Part shown: positions 13,501 through 27,345 of the stretch, in pieces
How positions within the stretch are numbered: position 1 is the stretch's first letter
How the letters are laid out: every line of letters begins with the position of its first letter
Origin: Malacoraja senta
Lineage: Eukaryota
DNA: 64,000 nt
Assembly (NCBI GenBank): GCA_038087875.1
Contig: CM075990.1
Coordinates: 8,558,001 to 8,622,000 of the forward strand
Reading direction: 5' to 3'
Made by a program: the position numbers and the translations under genes
Notes under the pieces: model-generated
Told to the model about the DNA's origin: nothing
The model's input: the letters and a program-made list of their open reading frames with translations, nothing else
The model's database searches: none

Positions 13501-14267
13501 AAAAACCTATAATCCCAATGGTTGGGAGCATTCCAAAAATGTATCATATTTTGGAAGATATCATTCAGAGCACCCATTATCTCCATGGTCTGCACCTTTA
13601 GGTGCAGGTTATCTGGTCCCAGGTTTCACTTATTGCCTTTCAGCTCCATTAATTTCTCATGTAGTAATTTTCTCCTGATGCTACTCTCTTGAGTTTGTCG
13701 CGACCCATTTGGTCTCCGCTTTTCTCACGAGATTGTCTATGCCATGAAGACAGACACATTGCATTTGTTTATTCACTCTACCATTTCCATGCTCCTGGAT
13801 ATAGTTTCTCCTGTCTCACCCTGTAAGAGACCGACATTAACATTTGCTGATCCATTTTGTTTTTACCTGCAGGGTGCAACAGGCTAAATAACCCCTCTGA
13901 CCATTCCGTATCCGAGTTGTATACAGCACTGATTGCATAGTCTGTCCCACAGAAATCTACTTGTTCACAACTGAGTTGTTAGGGCCCATTACTGTGGAAA
14001 AAAGTTCCCAGTTGTGATTGTGATTTAGTGATTCATGAAACATTTAACTGAACAAGGATTTGGACTATCAGACAATAGCAAGAGAATATTTGATTCATTC
14101 ATTTATATGTAAAGTTTAAGTGTTTTGAGAGATTTTGGAATGTGTCTGTTTTTTAATGTATTTTTCCAGAGGTAATACATTTCTCATATTTTCTTATGAC
14201 ATAGAAAGAGGCCATTTGGCCCATTGGATCCATGCTGGCTTTCAGCCATAATTTCAGTCCCCACACT

Positions 14268-14585
14268 TTAGTTTAGTTTAATTTAGCAATACAGCACGAA
14301 AACAGGCCCTTCGGCCCACCATGTCCGCGCCAACCAGCGATCCCCGCACATTAACACTATCCTAGACACTAGGGTCAATTTAAACATACACCAAGCCAAT
14401 TAACCTACAAACCTGTACGTCTTTGGAGTGTGGGAGGAATCTGAAGAGCTTGGAGAAAGCCCACGTGATCACGGGGAGAAGATACAAACTCCGCACAGAC
14501 AGCACCCGTAGTCGGGTTCTAACCCAGGTCTCTGGTGCTGCAAGCGCTGTAAGGCAGCAACTCTACCACTGCGCCACCATGCCTT
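14268..14585 (-). mobile_element. HE1-type V-SINE
   Basis: Same family, reverse orientation. Confidence 0.85.
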
Positions 14586-15708
14586 ATTTGCCTGTAACCT
14601 CTTCTGTCTCGCATCCCAACATAGATTCAATCTCACTCTACAGACCTGATTACTGGAGCAGTTCTGCACACTCCAAGTGCAGCACTGTCAACTGCAGCAC
14701 TGAGGAAGCCCCTCACTGTCAGAGAAACAGCACCAAGGGACTACTGCACTGTCAGACAGGCACTACTGAACAAGGGCTGCAGCTTCGGAGGTGCAGTGCT
14801 GAGTGATTTTCATTATTGGATGGGTAGTACTGAAGGAGAGCCTGTAAAGGTGCCATTTCTTTGATGAGGCAGGCGGGGCTGTTTATTTGTGTGAATGTAA
14901 AAGGTTTCAAAGGATCATCAAGAAGTGCAAAATACAAAGTGCTGGAGTAACTCAGTAGGCCAGGCTGCATCTACATCAAAGAAGTGCAGTTTCTTGCCCA
15001 TCATTCTTCACAAGAAGACGTATCAGCCTGACAGGCCTACAGTAGGCTTCATCCAATTATGGTGCACAACAGAGATGGGTTTACTTTGGTAATGGATGGT
15101 ATTGGTTGCAAGTCAGAAATCATGACGTTAGTTATCACAAGAAAATCATGAAATATTGAGACCAGCTCTAACTGCTAAATATGGTCAGCTCATGACTTCG
15201 TTCAAAGTGCTGGAGTAACTCAGAGGGTCAGGTGGCATCTCTGGAGAACATGGATAGGTGACGCTTCAGATCTGAAGAAGGATCCCGATCTGAAACATCA
15301 CCTATTGATGTTCTCGAGATGCTAGCTGACCTGCTGAGCTACTCCAGCTCTCTGCGACTTATTTTGTAAACCAGCACTGCAGTTCCTTGTTTCTTCATAA
15401 CTTTGGCTATTATGTGGTGTACTCTTAATGTTCTAAGTGAAATATGGGGTGAGCAATAAATTATTTCATGCTGACATTGTCCAACAGGATGAAGTAAGAA
15501 GCTGAAAATAACTCTTTCACAAATAAACAATTACACATTAAATTATAGTTTTCGTCAGGACAATCAATAAACTGGGTAATTCTCAAGGTGTATGCTTACG
15601 TTAGAATTGTTTTGTATATTTATGCCATGATTGGAAGTTCCCAATTTCTGGGCAAGCTGAAATCACCTGCTTTATTTGTAACAATCTGCCTCTTGTGCTT
15701 TATTTCAG

Positions 15709-15762
15709 GCCGTGGAAACAAACTTGGCCTCAAAGGACAGCCACTGGGTCTTTGTAAACGAG
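15709..15762 (+). CDS. GRID1: GRID1 internal coding exon (54 nt, ~exon 5): [18 protein letters not shown]
   Basis: Acceptor ttatttcAG at 15707-08 and donor GTaagc at 15763. The translation matches the GluD1 ATD peptide as I recall it. Phase 0/0. Confidence 0.96.
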
Positions 15763-18700
15763 GTAAGCTCAAAGCCACTGTTATAAGTAATAGCAACATA
15801 AGGGGTTTATTGTCTGGAGGCACACATAGAGCCAATAATGAATGTTATGTTGCAGTCAACTCTTCAACAGAATGGAAACATGAGTGTATTCCTGAAGAAA
15901 TTCAATGCATTTTCTGGAATTGTCTAATGGTGTTAGGTACTCTGGTCTTTCAAATGCATGGGTGCAAAGCTCACTGCACTTAGCAACACTAATATTTTTG
16001 GCAAAGGTTTAAGTTGGTTGGGCAAGGTATTGGTTGACAAGGAAATGAACAAAGGTATTGGCTGCCAATTTAGGGATATTTTATGATTTATCTAAGGCCA
16101 GTGGAAACAGAACCCTAAAAAAAAATCACTCTGCAAGTTAGGCACGAGGAACTGCAGATGCTGATTTACAAAAAAAAGACACAGAGTGCTGGAGTAACTC
16201 AACAGGTCAGGCAGCATCTCTGGAGATCATGGATAGCTGATGACACAAGGAAATACGGGTTCCCGAAGGTCCTGGCCGTTAGCAATCCATGTTCTCCAGA
16301 GACTCAGCAAGTTAGGCAGTATCTGTGGAAAGAACCGTTAAGATTTGAGGTCAAAGATCCTCAAATGAAATATCTTCTTTGACTAAATACTGTTTTTCTT
16401 TCCACAGATGCTGCCTGACCCGTTGAGTGCTTGCAGCATTTTCTTCTATTCTTTCAGATTTCCAGCATTTGCAGGGGTCTTTTATCATTCCTCTATATTG
16501 AGATATTGAGAAATTCTTCTGTCTTCTCTCAGACAACCAAATGCCAAGTTTGGCTAAATTTGAAAGCAGGTCTAGTTTAATTTAGTTTAGTTTATTGTCA
16601 TGTGTACCGAGGTACAGTGTTTTTGTTGCGTCCTTTCCAGTCAGCGGAAAGGCTATGCATGATTACAATCAAGTTGCCCACTGTGTTACAGATACAGAAT
16701 AAAGGGAATAACGTTTAGTGCAAGATAAAGTCCAGTAAAGTTCGATTAAATATCGCCCGAGGGTCTCCAATGAGGTAGATGGTAGGTCAGGACCGCTTTC
16801 TAGTTAATGATAGCATGGGTTAAGTCAACTGGAAATAAATTGTCCCTGAATTTGCAGGAATGCTTTTTCACACTTCTGACAGTTCCCTGTGTAACACAGT
16901 CTGTTATTTTTATTTGTTGTCAAATGTTATAGAATTTTGCAGACTGCAGTCCTGAAACTCAATGCACTGTTTCCCCCAGTACTGTTGCTGGGATTGTGAA
17001 ATCAAGGTGCAATATAGAGGGATCCAATATTGATGTAAGCTGCAAGCAATGCCAGCAGAGAACATATTCATGCATTTGATAAACTGCTCTTTCTGTGATT
17101 TAATTACATTGTTATTCCATTGTTAACAAATGTACTATAACATTCATTTGAACTGCAAACTCAGGATTTTTTTCCCCCGAGTTCATTAAACATTCATCAC
17201 CAAAAATTCACAGCGCTCTTTAAATTGTTGAGATGATGCAGTAACTGTTTTGTGTGCTTGGACCTTGTTCAATACATCAAACTGTGCTTTGGTATTTATC
17301 ACTTATGCGAGTGACATCTAGGGCCAACCCATTGGTAGTGTGCCAATCTTCACATGGATGAAATTACAGGACTAATTATTGCACAACTTGCAGGGTTGAG
17401 GGGCAGGGAAATGCTAATCCAAGTACAAAGCAAATAATAAGTAGACCAAATGGAATAATTCAATTGAGGCATTATCTTTAATTTCAGAGTCACAAATAAT
17501 GATTCACAATGCAATTTTAGTATGTGGCTTGATTGGAAAGAACATCAAATGTACATGTTAAATTGTATTAATGAACAACGTCTGATTGCACTGGCATAAT
17601 TTACCTCTGCCTGTTTTATAAATTAAACAGAGGCACAGATTCCAATCACAACTGTCAATAATAATTAGAGGAATCAATGACAAATACATTAAAAACGTTT
17701 TAGTTTCAAACATCAATTTTTACATTGAATATATACTTCCTTTTCATTTTGCACTCGTTATGTATCATTCACTTGTTTTATGGTAGCAAGAAATGTTCTG
17801 ATCATTTTGAGCTCTTTAAACAACATTACAGTGGAGATTGAACTCGTATGGAAAGTTATTTGGTTGGAATGACAATTTCAAAAATTCCATTGGCTTTTTA
17901 AAAGGCCATGATGTTTTTAATTGTTTGCTTATTTAGCTTGCACAAATCCAATTTTAATTTCATTCTCATTAAAAGTGCGTAAAAAAAAGTTAGAAATGAA
18001 AGCTGAGCTTTGACTTCACTGTCGCTGGTAGCCGGACATCCCTTTAAACTGTTGCCTGACAGCAATCGCAGTCAGGAAAGGGTAGACCACCCCACAGTGT
18101 TCACTGGACCTTTACGGTAGCCTTTCTAAAGGTCAGAACCAAGCTGTGTCACTTTGCTATTGACCGTAAATATCCAACTCTGGACATACAGTAAAATCGA
18201 AGAAAGATGTGAAGGCCTGATACAGAGCAAGATATCAGGAATAAAACAAACCTGTCAAGTGGAATGTTAGGAGTCTACTCCCACACAACAAAGGCGCTTA
18301 CAAAAAGGTGTTAGTAGAGTTTATGGCGTTTTTATGGAATAAAGAATCTTTCAGATTTGGACAGATTTATGGATAGGAGGGGTTTAGAGGGCTATGGGCC
18401 AATTGTATGCAAATGGAACTAACCCAACTTGGTCAGCATGGACAAAGTGGGCCTAATGGCCTGTTTCCATGCTGTAAATTGCCCCTGGTGTGTAGGATAG
18501 TGTTAGTGTACAGGGATCAACACAAAAAGCTGGAGTAACTCAGCGGAACAGGCAGCATCTCTGCAGAGAAGGAATGGGTTTCAGGTCTTCAGACTGTTTA
18601 GGGATAAGGGAAATGAGAAATATAGACGGTGATGTGGAGACATTAAAAAAAATGAATGAAAGATATGCAAAAAAAGTAACAAAGATAAAGGCAACAGGCC

Positions 18701-18894
18701 ATTGTTAGCTGTTTGTAGGCTGAAAATGAGAAGCTGGTGCTAGTTTCTGTGCTGTATCTCTAATCTAATCTAATCTAAAAAGAATGGATGCAGATCCCCA
18801 GACCTGATCTTGATCCGATGCAATTGGAGACCTATCCTACGTGTGATTCGCTCCCACAAGCACAAATTCACCTGAAGTTCTGACATAGCTAAAT

Positions 18895-19630
18895 TCAATT
18901 CAATTCAATTTTTTCAATTCAATTTATTTGTCTTTTGAGGGACAAATTTGTCATTTGGACCCCTTGAGGTCCAAACGAAATGTCGTTTCTGCAGCCATAC
19001 AATACAAAACAAAGAAGACCCGAGACACAACACAATTTACACATACATCCATCACAACGCTGTGATGGAAGGCAAAAATAACGTATCTCTCCACTGCACT
19101 CCCCCCCCCCCCCCGATGTCAGAGTCAAAGTCAAAGCCCCCGGCGGGCGATGGTGATTGTCCCGCAGCCATTAAAGCCACGCCGGGTGATGCAAGGTCGC
19201 GCACCGGGTCTTGGTGTTAGAGCCCCGGCGCTCGCCCGCAAAGTCCGGCAGCCATTCCAAGCCGCGCGGGGGGATAAAGCCCCGCTCCAGGTGCTCTTCA
19301 ACCCCGCAACTCGGGCGGGAGAAGTCGCCGCTGCGGAAGCCCCGAAAAGCGGTCTCCCACCAGGGGACCCGCGGGCTTCCAGTGTTGCCGTCCGCCAGAC
19401 CCGCGGTTGCAGCCCCCGAATCTCCGGCGGTCGGGTCGCAGCAGCGCCCCACCACAGCTCCACCCGCTCCGGACTCGGCCAGCCCCGTGACGGTGAGTAG
19501 TCCGCAGCTCCACAACTGGAGCCCCAGGTCGTTCCTGCTGGAGGCCGCTCCACGTTGCCCAGCCCCAACGACAACGGAGACCCGACAAAGAAAAGGTCGG
19601 GTCTCCCGTGCAGCGGAAAGATTTTAAAAG
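18895..19630 (-). mobile_element. GC-rich non-autonomous retroelement with (ATTGA)n/AATAAA tail
   Basis: A highly similar, 5'-truncated copy lies in opposite orientation at ~24091-24475. It has a simple-repeat tail and no recognisable protein. Clade uncertain. Confidence 0.65.
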
Positions 19631-20473
19631 AATTACAAGCAATGCATCACAACTGTCGAACCACAATCTAAACTACAATTATATTCTCCCTTTTAGAATC
19701 TAGTTAGTATCTTGAGTAAACTATTATCTTTAATTGATGCCTCTCGCCATTAATGATCATTTAACTTTAATTCAAAAGAAAAACTAATATTCACCAGCTA
19801 ATCACCCCCTATCTATCTGATTTCCTCAGATATAGTAAAGTCTTTTGGTTTTGACACCCCAATACTGCAAACTCCCTTCTTCTTTCGATAATCCGAGTTA
19901 TACCTGTTGACTTTTACTTTATTCATTTAATTAACATTTAGAAAATGATTCCATTGACTAAAAATAGTCTGACATTTTTTTCATATCCTTCAAGTTTGTC
20001 ATTTTATGTTTTTATCATTGTTTAATAATTCAACCATAAGCTAATTTCATGAACTCTTACCTTTTATTAATGTATTTTCAGTATTCAATATCCAGTTTAA
20101 TCTTCCAAATTCATAAAAAACAAACCCAGTTTCTTGCAAATCCCACTTCCTCTCACTAACCCACTGGCTTATACAACCAGCTTATTCAAATTCTACCAAT
20201 TATGTAAAATTTGTAGGAAGACAAAAATGCTGGAGAAACTCAGCGGAGGAATAGGTAATGTTGTAATTACAAGCATGTAATTGACTGAGCAGAACAACAA
20301 GTGAGGTAGAAAGATGCACCTTGCTAGTCTGAAGGAGTCTGAAGAAGGGTCTCGACCCGAAACATCACCCATTCCTTCTCTCCAGAGATGCTGCCTCATC
20401 CACTGAGTTTCTCCAGCATTTTTGTCTACCATCGATTTTTTTTTCAGCATCTGCAGTTCTTTCTTAAACATGT

Positions 20474-20858
20474 AACTTACAAAATTCTTAAGGGGTTGGA
20501 CAGGCTAGATGCAGGAAGATTGTTCCCGATGTTGGGGAAGTCCAGGACAAGGGGTCACAGTTTAAGGATAAAGGGGAAATCCTTTAGGACCGAGATGAGA
20601 AAAACATTTTTCACACAGAGAGTGGTGAATCTCTGGAACTCTCTGCCACAGAAGGTAGTTGAAGCCAGTTCATTGGCTATATTTAAGAGGGAGTTAGATG
20701 TGGCCCTTGTGGCTAAAGGGATCAGGGGGTATGGAGAGAAGGCAGGTACATGATACTGAGTTGGATGATCAGCCATGATCATATTGAATGGCGGTGCAGG
20801 CTAGAAGGGCCAAATGGCCTACTCCTGAACCTATTTTCTATGTTTCTATGTTTCTATG
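20474..20858 (+). mobile_element. Young CR1 LINE 3' end
   Basis: TYKILKGLDRLDAGRLFPMLGKSRTRGHSL..QRVVNLWNSLP..GYGEKAG and (tttctatg)n tail. An older CR1 remnant follows at ~20880-21720. Confidence 0.92.
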
Positions 20859-23800
20859 TAAAATTTGTATGTGGTTTATAGAGAGGTGGAATGGTTTCAA
20901 GACATCTGGTCATATGGGTGAGAAAGTAGCAAATGGAACTTAATGCAGATACTTAAGTCAGCTTCCTAAGTAGAAAATAGAACAATTCAGGGTGATGTAA
21001 ATTCATGCTGTTGGGAGATTCAATAAAATAAGATCAAACGCAATAAATGGAAGGACATCATGAATGGTGGAGAGATAGGGACCTTGGCGTGTAAGTTCAT
21101 AGGACCTTAAAGTTAGTAGGATAGTTCAAAAGGTGCTGAGTATGCTGTATCGTATTGGCTGTGATACAGAATATAAAAGCAGAAGGACAATGGTAAAATT
21201 AGATGCTGTGCCTGTTACAGTGCAGTTGAACCTCTGTTTCCACTTCTGGCCATGACATCTGGACAAAAAGGTGATGCATTGGAGATGGCGGGGAGGGGAT
21301 GCATGAGGCTACTGCCAGGAATGGAAAATCATGGCGATGAGGATGGATCAAATAGACAAAGGTATTTTTTTATAACAGAAGAAGCTAAGGAGGACTTAAC
21401 GGAGATGCATAAAATTATGAGGCACCTGGGCAGACTAAAAGGAAAGACACTCTCTCTCTAAGATGGGGTATCAAAAGGATGAGAGGGGAGATGAGGTCCG
21501 ATGATTTTGCCCAGAAGCTGAAAGCAAACTGAGACTCGCTGCCTGAAAAAGCAATGGAGGCAGACTCTCACCATTTATAAAGCATCTTAATATCTCCTTG
21601 AAAGACTGCAACTTGCATGGTTACAGATAAAGAGATGGATGGTAGAATTGGGCTGCATAGCTCTTTTTTTTAAAATCATGTAAGGACATGATGGGCTGAA
21701 TGGCTGCCTTGTGTTGTCAATTGTCTTTCCATGATATTCTTCTGCTTTCCTCCAACTGCGTTAACATTTTCCTTTAACTCTCAAAGAACCTCACCTTCTT
21801 TCTGTTAATACATAATCTCCACCTGAATTTTTACTTTTCTTCTTCAAGGTCTGCTTTAGATATTGCAGGGGCATCATGGTCATCATAGTTCACACTGTTT
21901 AAAAGCTCGCTCTGTAAGGACAAAAATCAATTTTTTGATGCCACGTTTGTTCCTCCTTCCAGAAGTTGATAAAATTGCATCGCTGCATTTGTTGATTCAC
22001 TCCATTATCTTAGTTCCCGATCAACTCTAGCAATTCTTAGCAACATGTTATAATTGATTTCTATCAGACTGACAAGTTTAACAGCAGTACTATCCAACCT
22101 CGAGACATACCCTGGCTTTTCTACCACACATTCTCTTGGATGTTCAATACATTTGTCCAAAACGTGTACTATCACCCAATGGATCTATTACATTTCAGCT
22201 GGTTTTAGTACCTAACTAGACCTTACTAGAGATTTCGTAAATACTTTTTTTGGATGTGTTCAGCCAGCTGATGTTCCTGTAATTGCTACACGTACTCTTG
22301 TCTCCTTTTTGAAAATTAGTGCTTTCATTTCACGCAGCCTTTAGGCACTTGCTGTTCTTTGCGAGTTTTGTTAAATCATTGCTGGATCGTTTTTACAATA
22401 TATTCCTTGCCCACCTGCAACATTTGCAGTCATCAAAATTAATTTCTTTATTCTTTCTCAAAATGACATTTAAATTCTTTTAAGAAAATTAAAGCTTTAG
22501 AAATGCTGGATGGGTCAGGCAGAAGCTGTGATGAGGGAAAGGCAATTGAATTCCTTGATCTTCAAAGTGACCCTGCAGCAACTAAAGACAGTCAGCACCC
22601 TCACACTGTGGAAAGAATGTTAGAAGGTACACAGGGAAAATGAATCACGGGAATGAGAAGAGGGAGTATGTCTGCATTTATGGGAGAAATAACATTTATT
22701 GAATGAATTTATGGAAAATCTGTGTTTCAGCCAGTTTGGTGATGTTACATGATGGGAGGACATGAGATAGGAGACAATTTCCTCAAGTGCACTGAAGGTT
22801 ACCTATACCAGAATCAGAGTTGTACCAAGAAGACAAAGGACGTTGGTGAGGTGCCAAAGACACGATTGCTGAGTTGGTCATTGTGTTTGTAGAGATCTCT
22901 CTTCATTTACCCTAAGAAATCACTTCATTTTGAGCATGTCACATGAAAAGAAGAGAGAGATTTTCACCGAGCTCCTATACATGTTCACACAAAGGGTGGT
23001 GGGTGTATAGAATGAGCTGCCAGAGGAGGTAGTTGAGGCAGGGACTATCCCAATGTTTAAGGCAGGTACATGGATTGGACAGGTTTGGACTGATATGGGC
23101 CAAACGTGGGCAGGTGGGACCAGTGTAGCCGGGACATGTTGGCCGGTGTGGGCAAGTTGGGCCGACATATCGCAGGTTGAAGATTATGGCGATGATGAGG
23201 ACCTCAATACATCATTGTGTCTGACACCTCACAGCCTCACCTCAGAGACTGCCTGTGAAGGGAATGAGAAGAATTGTTCAAGGGATATGTGACACAGGGA
23301 GATTTACCAACACTCACTCGTGTAACACAGCTTGGCGTCTGACCCAGGGATTCTAATAGGGACGCTCACCGGTATCAGGGTCTGCTCATCTGTACAGCCT
23401 GAGAAGACTTGGACGATGACTGCGATTGAAGTGTCCCCATAATCTAGCTGATGTAGAAGCACAGCGAGATGGGTAGTGAGATGCTCTGAGCAGCCTCAGC
23501 GCAGGAGCTGTTAAGAGGTGTGGAGGTCCCCATCTCCAAGCTCCTGTGGGATGTGGTGCGGGACAAGACAACCATGATCTCCATTCAAAATGTTTGTGTT
23601 CGTCTTCTAAGTCTGCACAAGTACTTGAGAGTCTTCAACGTACAACAATAGTCTTTATTACATTACTTCAATGCAAGACAACTCAAAATGGCTGCAACAC
23701 AGAATATGACTGCACATACAGACAGGATAACTATATACCAAAGATACTAGAGGAGCTCCGCTCTATAATCTTTGCTATATATATAGACATCTCCCTTTGT

Positions 23801-24024
23801 CCTTTGCAGCGCCACCTGCTGCACGGGAGGAGCAACGGGTCCTCCCACCCCACACAGTCCACCAAACATCACACTCTTCCCAAAAGATCAGCGGCAAACA
23901 GCATCTAAGGAGAAAAAAAACAGAATGCAGAGTGTTCCTTTAAATCAACACAAATGCCTCAAAGCAGCACCATTCACTTTTGGTTGCCCAGGGAGTGATG
24001 AACACAGGTCACGGATTGCAGTAA

Positions 24025-24989
24025 AGGGCCTGTCCCACTTAAGCAATTTTTTAGGCGACTACAGGCTACTAGGCTGTCGCCACATGGTCGCTGGAGCGGG
24101 GCTTTACATCGTCGCCCCGCGCGGCTTGGAATGGCCGCCGGACTTTGCGAGCGCGCGCCGGGGCTCTAACACCAAGACCCGGTGCGCGACCTTGCATTAA
24201 CCGGCGTGGCTTTAATGGCCGCGGGATATTCACCATCGCCCGCCGGGGGCTTTGACTTTGACTCTGACATCGGGGGGGGGGGGGAGTGCAGTGGAGAGAT
24301 ACGTTTTTTTTGCCTTCCATCACAGCGCTGTGATGGATGTATGTGTAAATTGTGTTGTGTCTCGGGTCTTCTTCGTTTTGTAATGTATGGCTGCAGAAAC
24401 GACAATACGTTTGGACCTCAACGGGGTCCAAATGACAAATTTGTCCAAACGACAAATAAATTGTATTGTATTGTAGTTGCAGCTGGGGTGTCGCCTGTAT
24501 GGTCGTGAGTAGTCTCCTCAGTAGCCGCTGGACTTTGAAATGTTCAAAAATTATCGGCTACAGCCGGCAACAGTGGGATTGACGCCAACGAGCGTAGCTT
24601 GACTTCTCCTGACGTAGGTGCTGTCGCAGGTTGTCGCCAGGTGACGTAGGTTGTCGCCGGTGCTGACTTCGGTGAATTCCATTGGCGACTGCCTACGTCA
24701 ACCTACGTCAACCGGCGACGGGTACCGGCGACTGAATTGTCTTAAGTTGTCTTCAGTCGTCGCCGACAGGGTCATCGCTTGTCGTAGCTTGTCGCGGGTG
24801 GACGTAGGTTGTCGTAGGTGTGGTCATAGGTGGACGTCCTAATGGGTCGCCGGTTGTCGGTAGCTTGACGGCGACTAGGTGGTAGGTTGGTTGTAGACAT
24901 TGTCGTTGGGGGGTTCAGTCGCTGTTTTTTCGGCGACCTGCTACGACTATGACAGTCGCCGAAAAAATCGTCTAAGTGGGACAGGCCCT
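24025..24989. mobile_element. PIF/Harbinger-type MITE with a nested retroelement (~24091-24475)
   Basis: TIR agggcctgtcccactta / taagtgggacaggccct, TAA TSD (24022-24, 24990-92). The interior is rich in gtcg/gtag repeats. Confidence 0.85.
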
Positions 24990-25320
24990 TAACACTCCCC
25001 GTCCTTTCCAACACAGTAGCCAACATGTGATGTGTGACATTGCTGGTGTCAAGCCCCAACAGGCTGAGGCAGATTGTGCATGAATGTATCCTGGCCACTT
25101 TCCTGTATAGCTGACATTTTAAGTTTAGGTTTTTGGTTTGAAGCTTTGTTTTACATGCTATCGGATCAGAACAGATAATACTACGCGCGAATCCAATCTA
25201 GTCAACCTCAAGTATAATAGGTAGACCAAAGGAAAAGAGGAGAGGATACAAAGTGCAGTATATAGTTCTTCGCATTATTTGCATTGTAGTGTATCAGTCC
25301 CATTGACAAAGTCCAACGTT

Positions 25321-25825
25321 CCTCCTAGTAGGCAAAGTAGATCAATTTCAAAAGACGTGGTCTACGTTTTTGGACCTATTACAAGCATGAGGTGCAATAG
25401 TAATTTAGAAAAACAAATAAATAAATAAAAGGTATCTGGACCTGGTAATGGGAGGTAAAATAAAAACAGACTTGGTTGGTAGTTCCTTCTCTATGAAGTA
25501 TGGTATAAGAGTTATAATAGAGCGATTGTTCCTTCTTTCTTTCTCTTTTTTTTTCTAGGGTCTATTTTCTAACTTTACTTCCTTCTCTAACTTCTTTTCT
25601 AAGGGGCTTTCTTTTCCCAACACTCTTTTGCACTTCACAACCTTTGCGCACTTTCTTCACTTTTCTTACTTCTTTCTTTTTCTTTCTTAAAGTTTAAAAA
25701 AGTGAAGCGGTACAAAAAATGTATTAATATATACGTGTTGTACATTACTGTAATCTACCGTACTTCTAAAAAATAAAAAAATAAAAAATAAAATAAAAAA
25801 TAAAAAAAAAAATAAAAAAAAAAAA
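25321..25825 (+). mobile_element. 5'-truncated L1-like LINE with poly(A) tail
   Basis: 16-bp TSD gacaaagtYcaacgtt (25305-20, 25826-41). Starts with the ORF end LLVGKVDQFQKTWSTFLDLLQA*. Pyrimidine-rich 3' UTR and A-rich tail at 25768-25825. Confidence 0.75.
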
Positions 25826-25886
25826 GACAAAGTTCAACGTTTGCAATGGGGGGGAGGTGAATCAGACCCTAGCACCATTCAGAAGC

Positions 25887-26183
25887 ACGGTGGCGTAGTG
25901 GTAGAGCTACTGCCTTACAGCGCCAGCGACACGGTTTTGATCCTGACTGTGGGTGCTGTCTGTACAGAGTTTGTGTGTTCTCCCCGTAACCCGCGTGGAT
26001 TTTCTTCGGTTTCCGCCCACACTCCAAAGACGTACAGGCTTGCAGGTTAATGAGTTTGGTATAAATGTAAAATTATCCCCAGTGCGTGTAAGGTAGGGTA
26101 GTGTTAATGTGCAGGGATCGCTGGTCAGTGCGGACTCGGTGGGCCGAGTGGCCTGTTTCCGCGCTGTATCTCTAAACTAAACC
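25887..26183 (+). mobile_element. HE1-type V-SINE
   Basis: From cacggtggcgtagtggtag to ctgtatctctaaactaaac. Confidence 0.85.
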
Positions 26184-26689
26184 AATGTCGAGGAAGAAAC
26201 TGATCCTGAGTCTGGTCTTGCACGCTTTCTAGCTTCACCCTGATATTCACCTTCAGCGATCTACACCAGGTGAAACGGTGTTTATGTGTTGTTGCGTGTG
26301 AAAGTCATATGCTAATGGATTCAGGTTCTAGGCTAATATGTTTATTCGTCTCTACCATTTATCAAATACTTAGAGAAACCAGAGAAGAGACAGCCCTAAA
26401 TTTATCAACATTTTATCACATTTCTCCAAAAGGTTTGAAGCGCTTCTTCACACGGAGAGAATTACTTTAAAGTGTCACAAGCAAAAGGATTTATTTTTAA
26501 TTCTTCCTGTGTTCATTGCCTGCTTCTTGTTTCATTTTCACGGCAACCTTCGTTCCAATTTCTTCTGCGATTTTTATTTTAGATTTTCATTCTATTTAAT
26601 TTCATTTTTTTAATCATTTTACTGGAATGGGGAGGGGGGGGGGTGCGAGGGGAGGGGGGTGGTTTGGCAAGGCTAGTGATGGTGTCCAG

Positions 26690-27345
26690 AACATAGCACA
26701 GGAACAGGCCCTTCAGCCCACAATGTCCATGCCAAGTATGAAGCCAAGATAAACCAATCTCCTCTGCCTGCACGTGATCCATAACCCTCAATTCTTTGCA
26801 TATCCATGTGCCTATTAAAACCTCCAAGCTCCACTATCATATCTGCCTCCACCTCCACTTGCAGCATGTTCCACACATCCACCACATTCTTTACAAAAAA
26901 AACTGTTCCACACATCTCCTTTAAACTTTGCCCCTTTCACCTTAAAGCTATGCCTTCTATTCTTTGATATTTCCAACCTAGGATAAAAGTTCTAACTGTC
27001 TCGCCTATTTATGCCTCCCATAACTTTATATCCTTGTCTATGTTTAATTTTGAGATACAGTGCGGAAACAGGCCCTTCGACCCACCGAGTCTGCACCGAC
27101 CAGCGATCCCTGTACACTAACACTATCCTACACACACTAGGTGCAATTTCCAATTATGCCAAGCCAATTAGCCTACAAACCTGTATGTCTTGGGAGTGTG
27201 GGAGGAAACCGGATATCCTGGAGGAAACCCACGCAGGTCACGGTAAGAACGTACAAACTCCGTGCAGACAAGCACCCATAGTCAGGATCGAACCCAGGTC
27301 TCTGCTGCTGTAAGGCAGCAACTCTACCACTGTGTCACCATGCGG
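26690..27345 (-). mobile_element. CR1 3' fragment (~26690-27030) followed by an HE1 SINE (~27045-27345)
   Basis: Reverse complements of the CR1 tail and of the SINE consensus. Confidence 0.75.

Noticed and set aside
18919..19666. Cluster of overlapping 70-147 aa ORFs (also 24069-24508, 30194-30796, 32102-32370)
   Set aside because: GC-rich non-autonomous repeats. ORFs are open in several frames on both strands with no recognisable domain.
26629..26663. G-rich runs with G-quadruplex potential (also ~1500-1535)
   Set aside because: Simple G runs next to or within repeats, with nothing indicating function.
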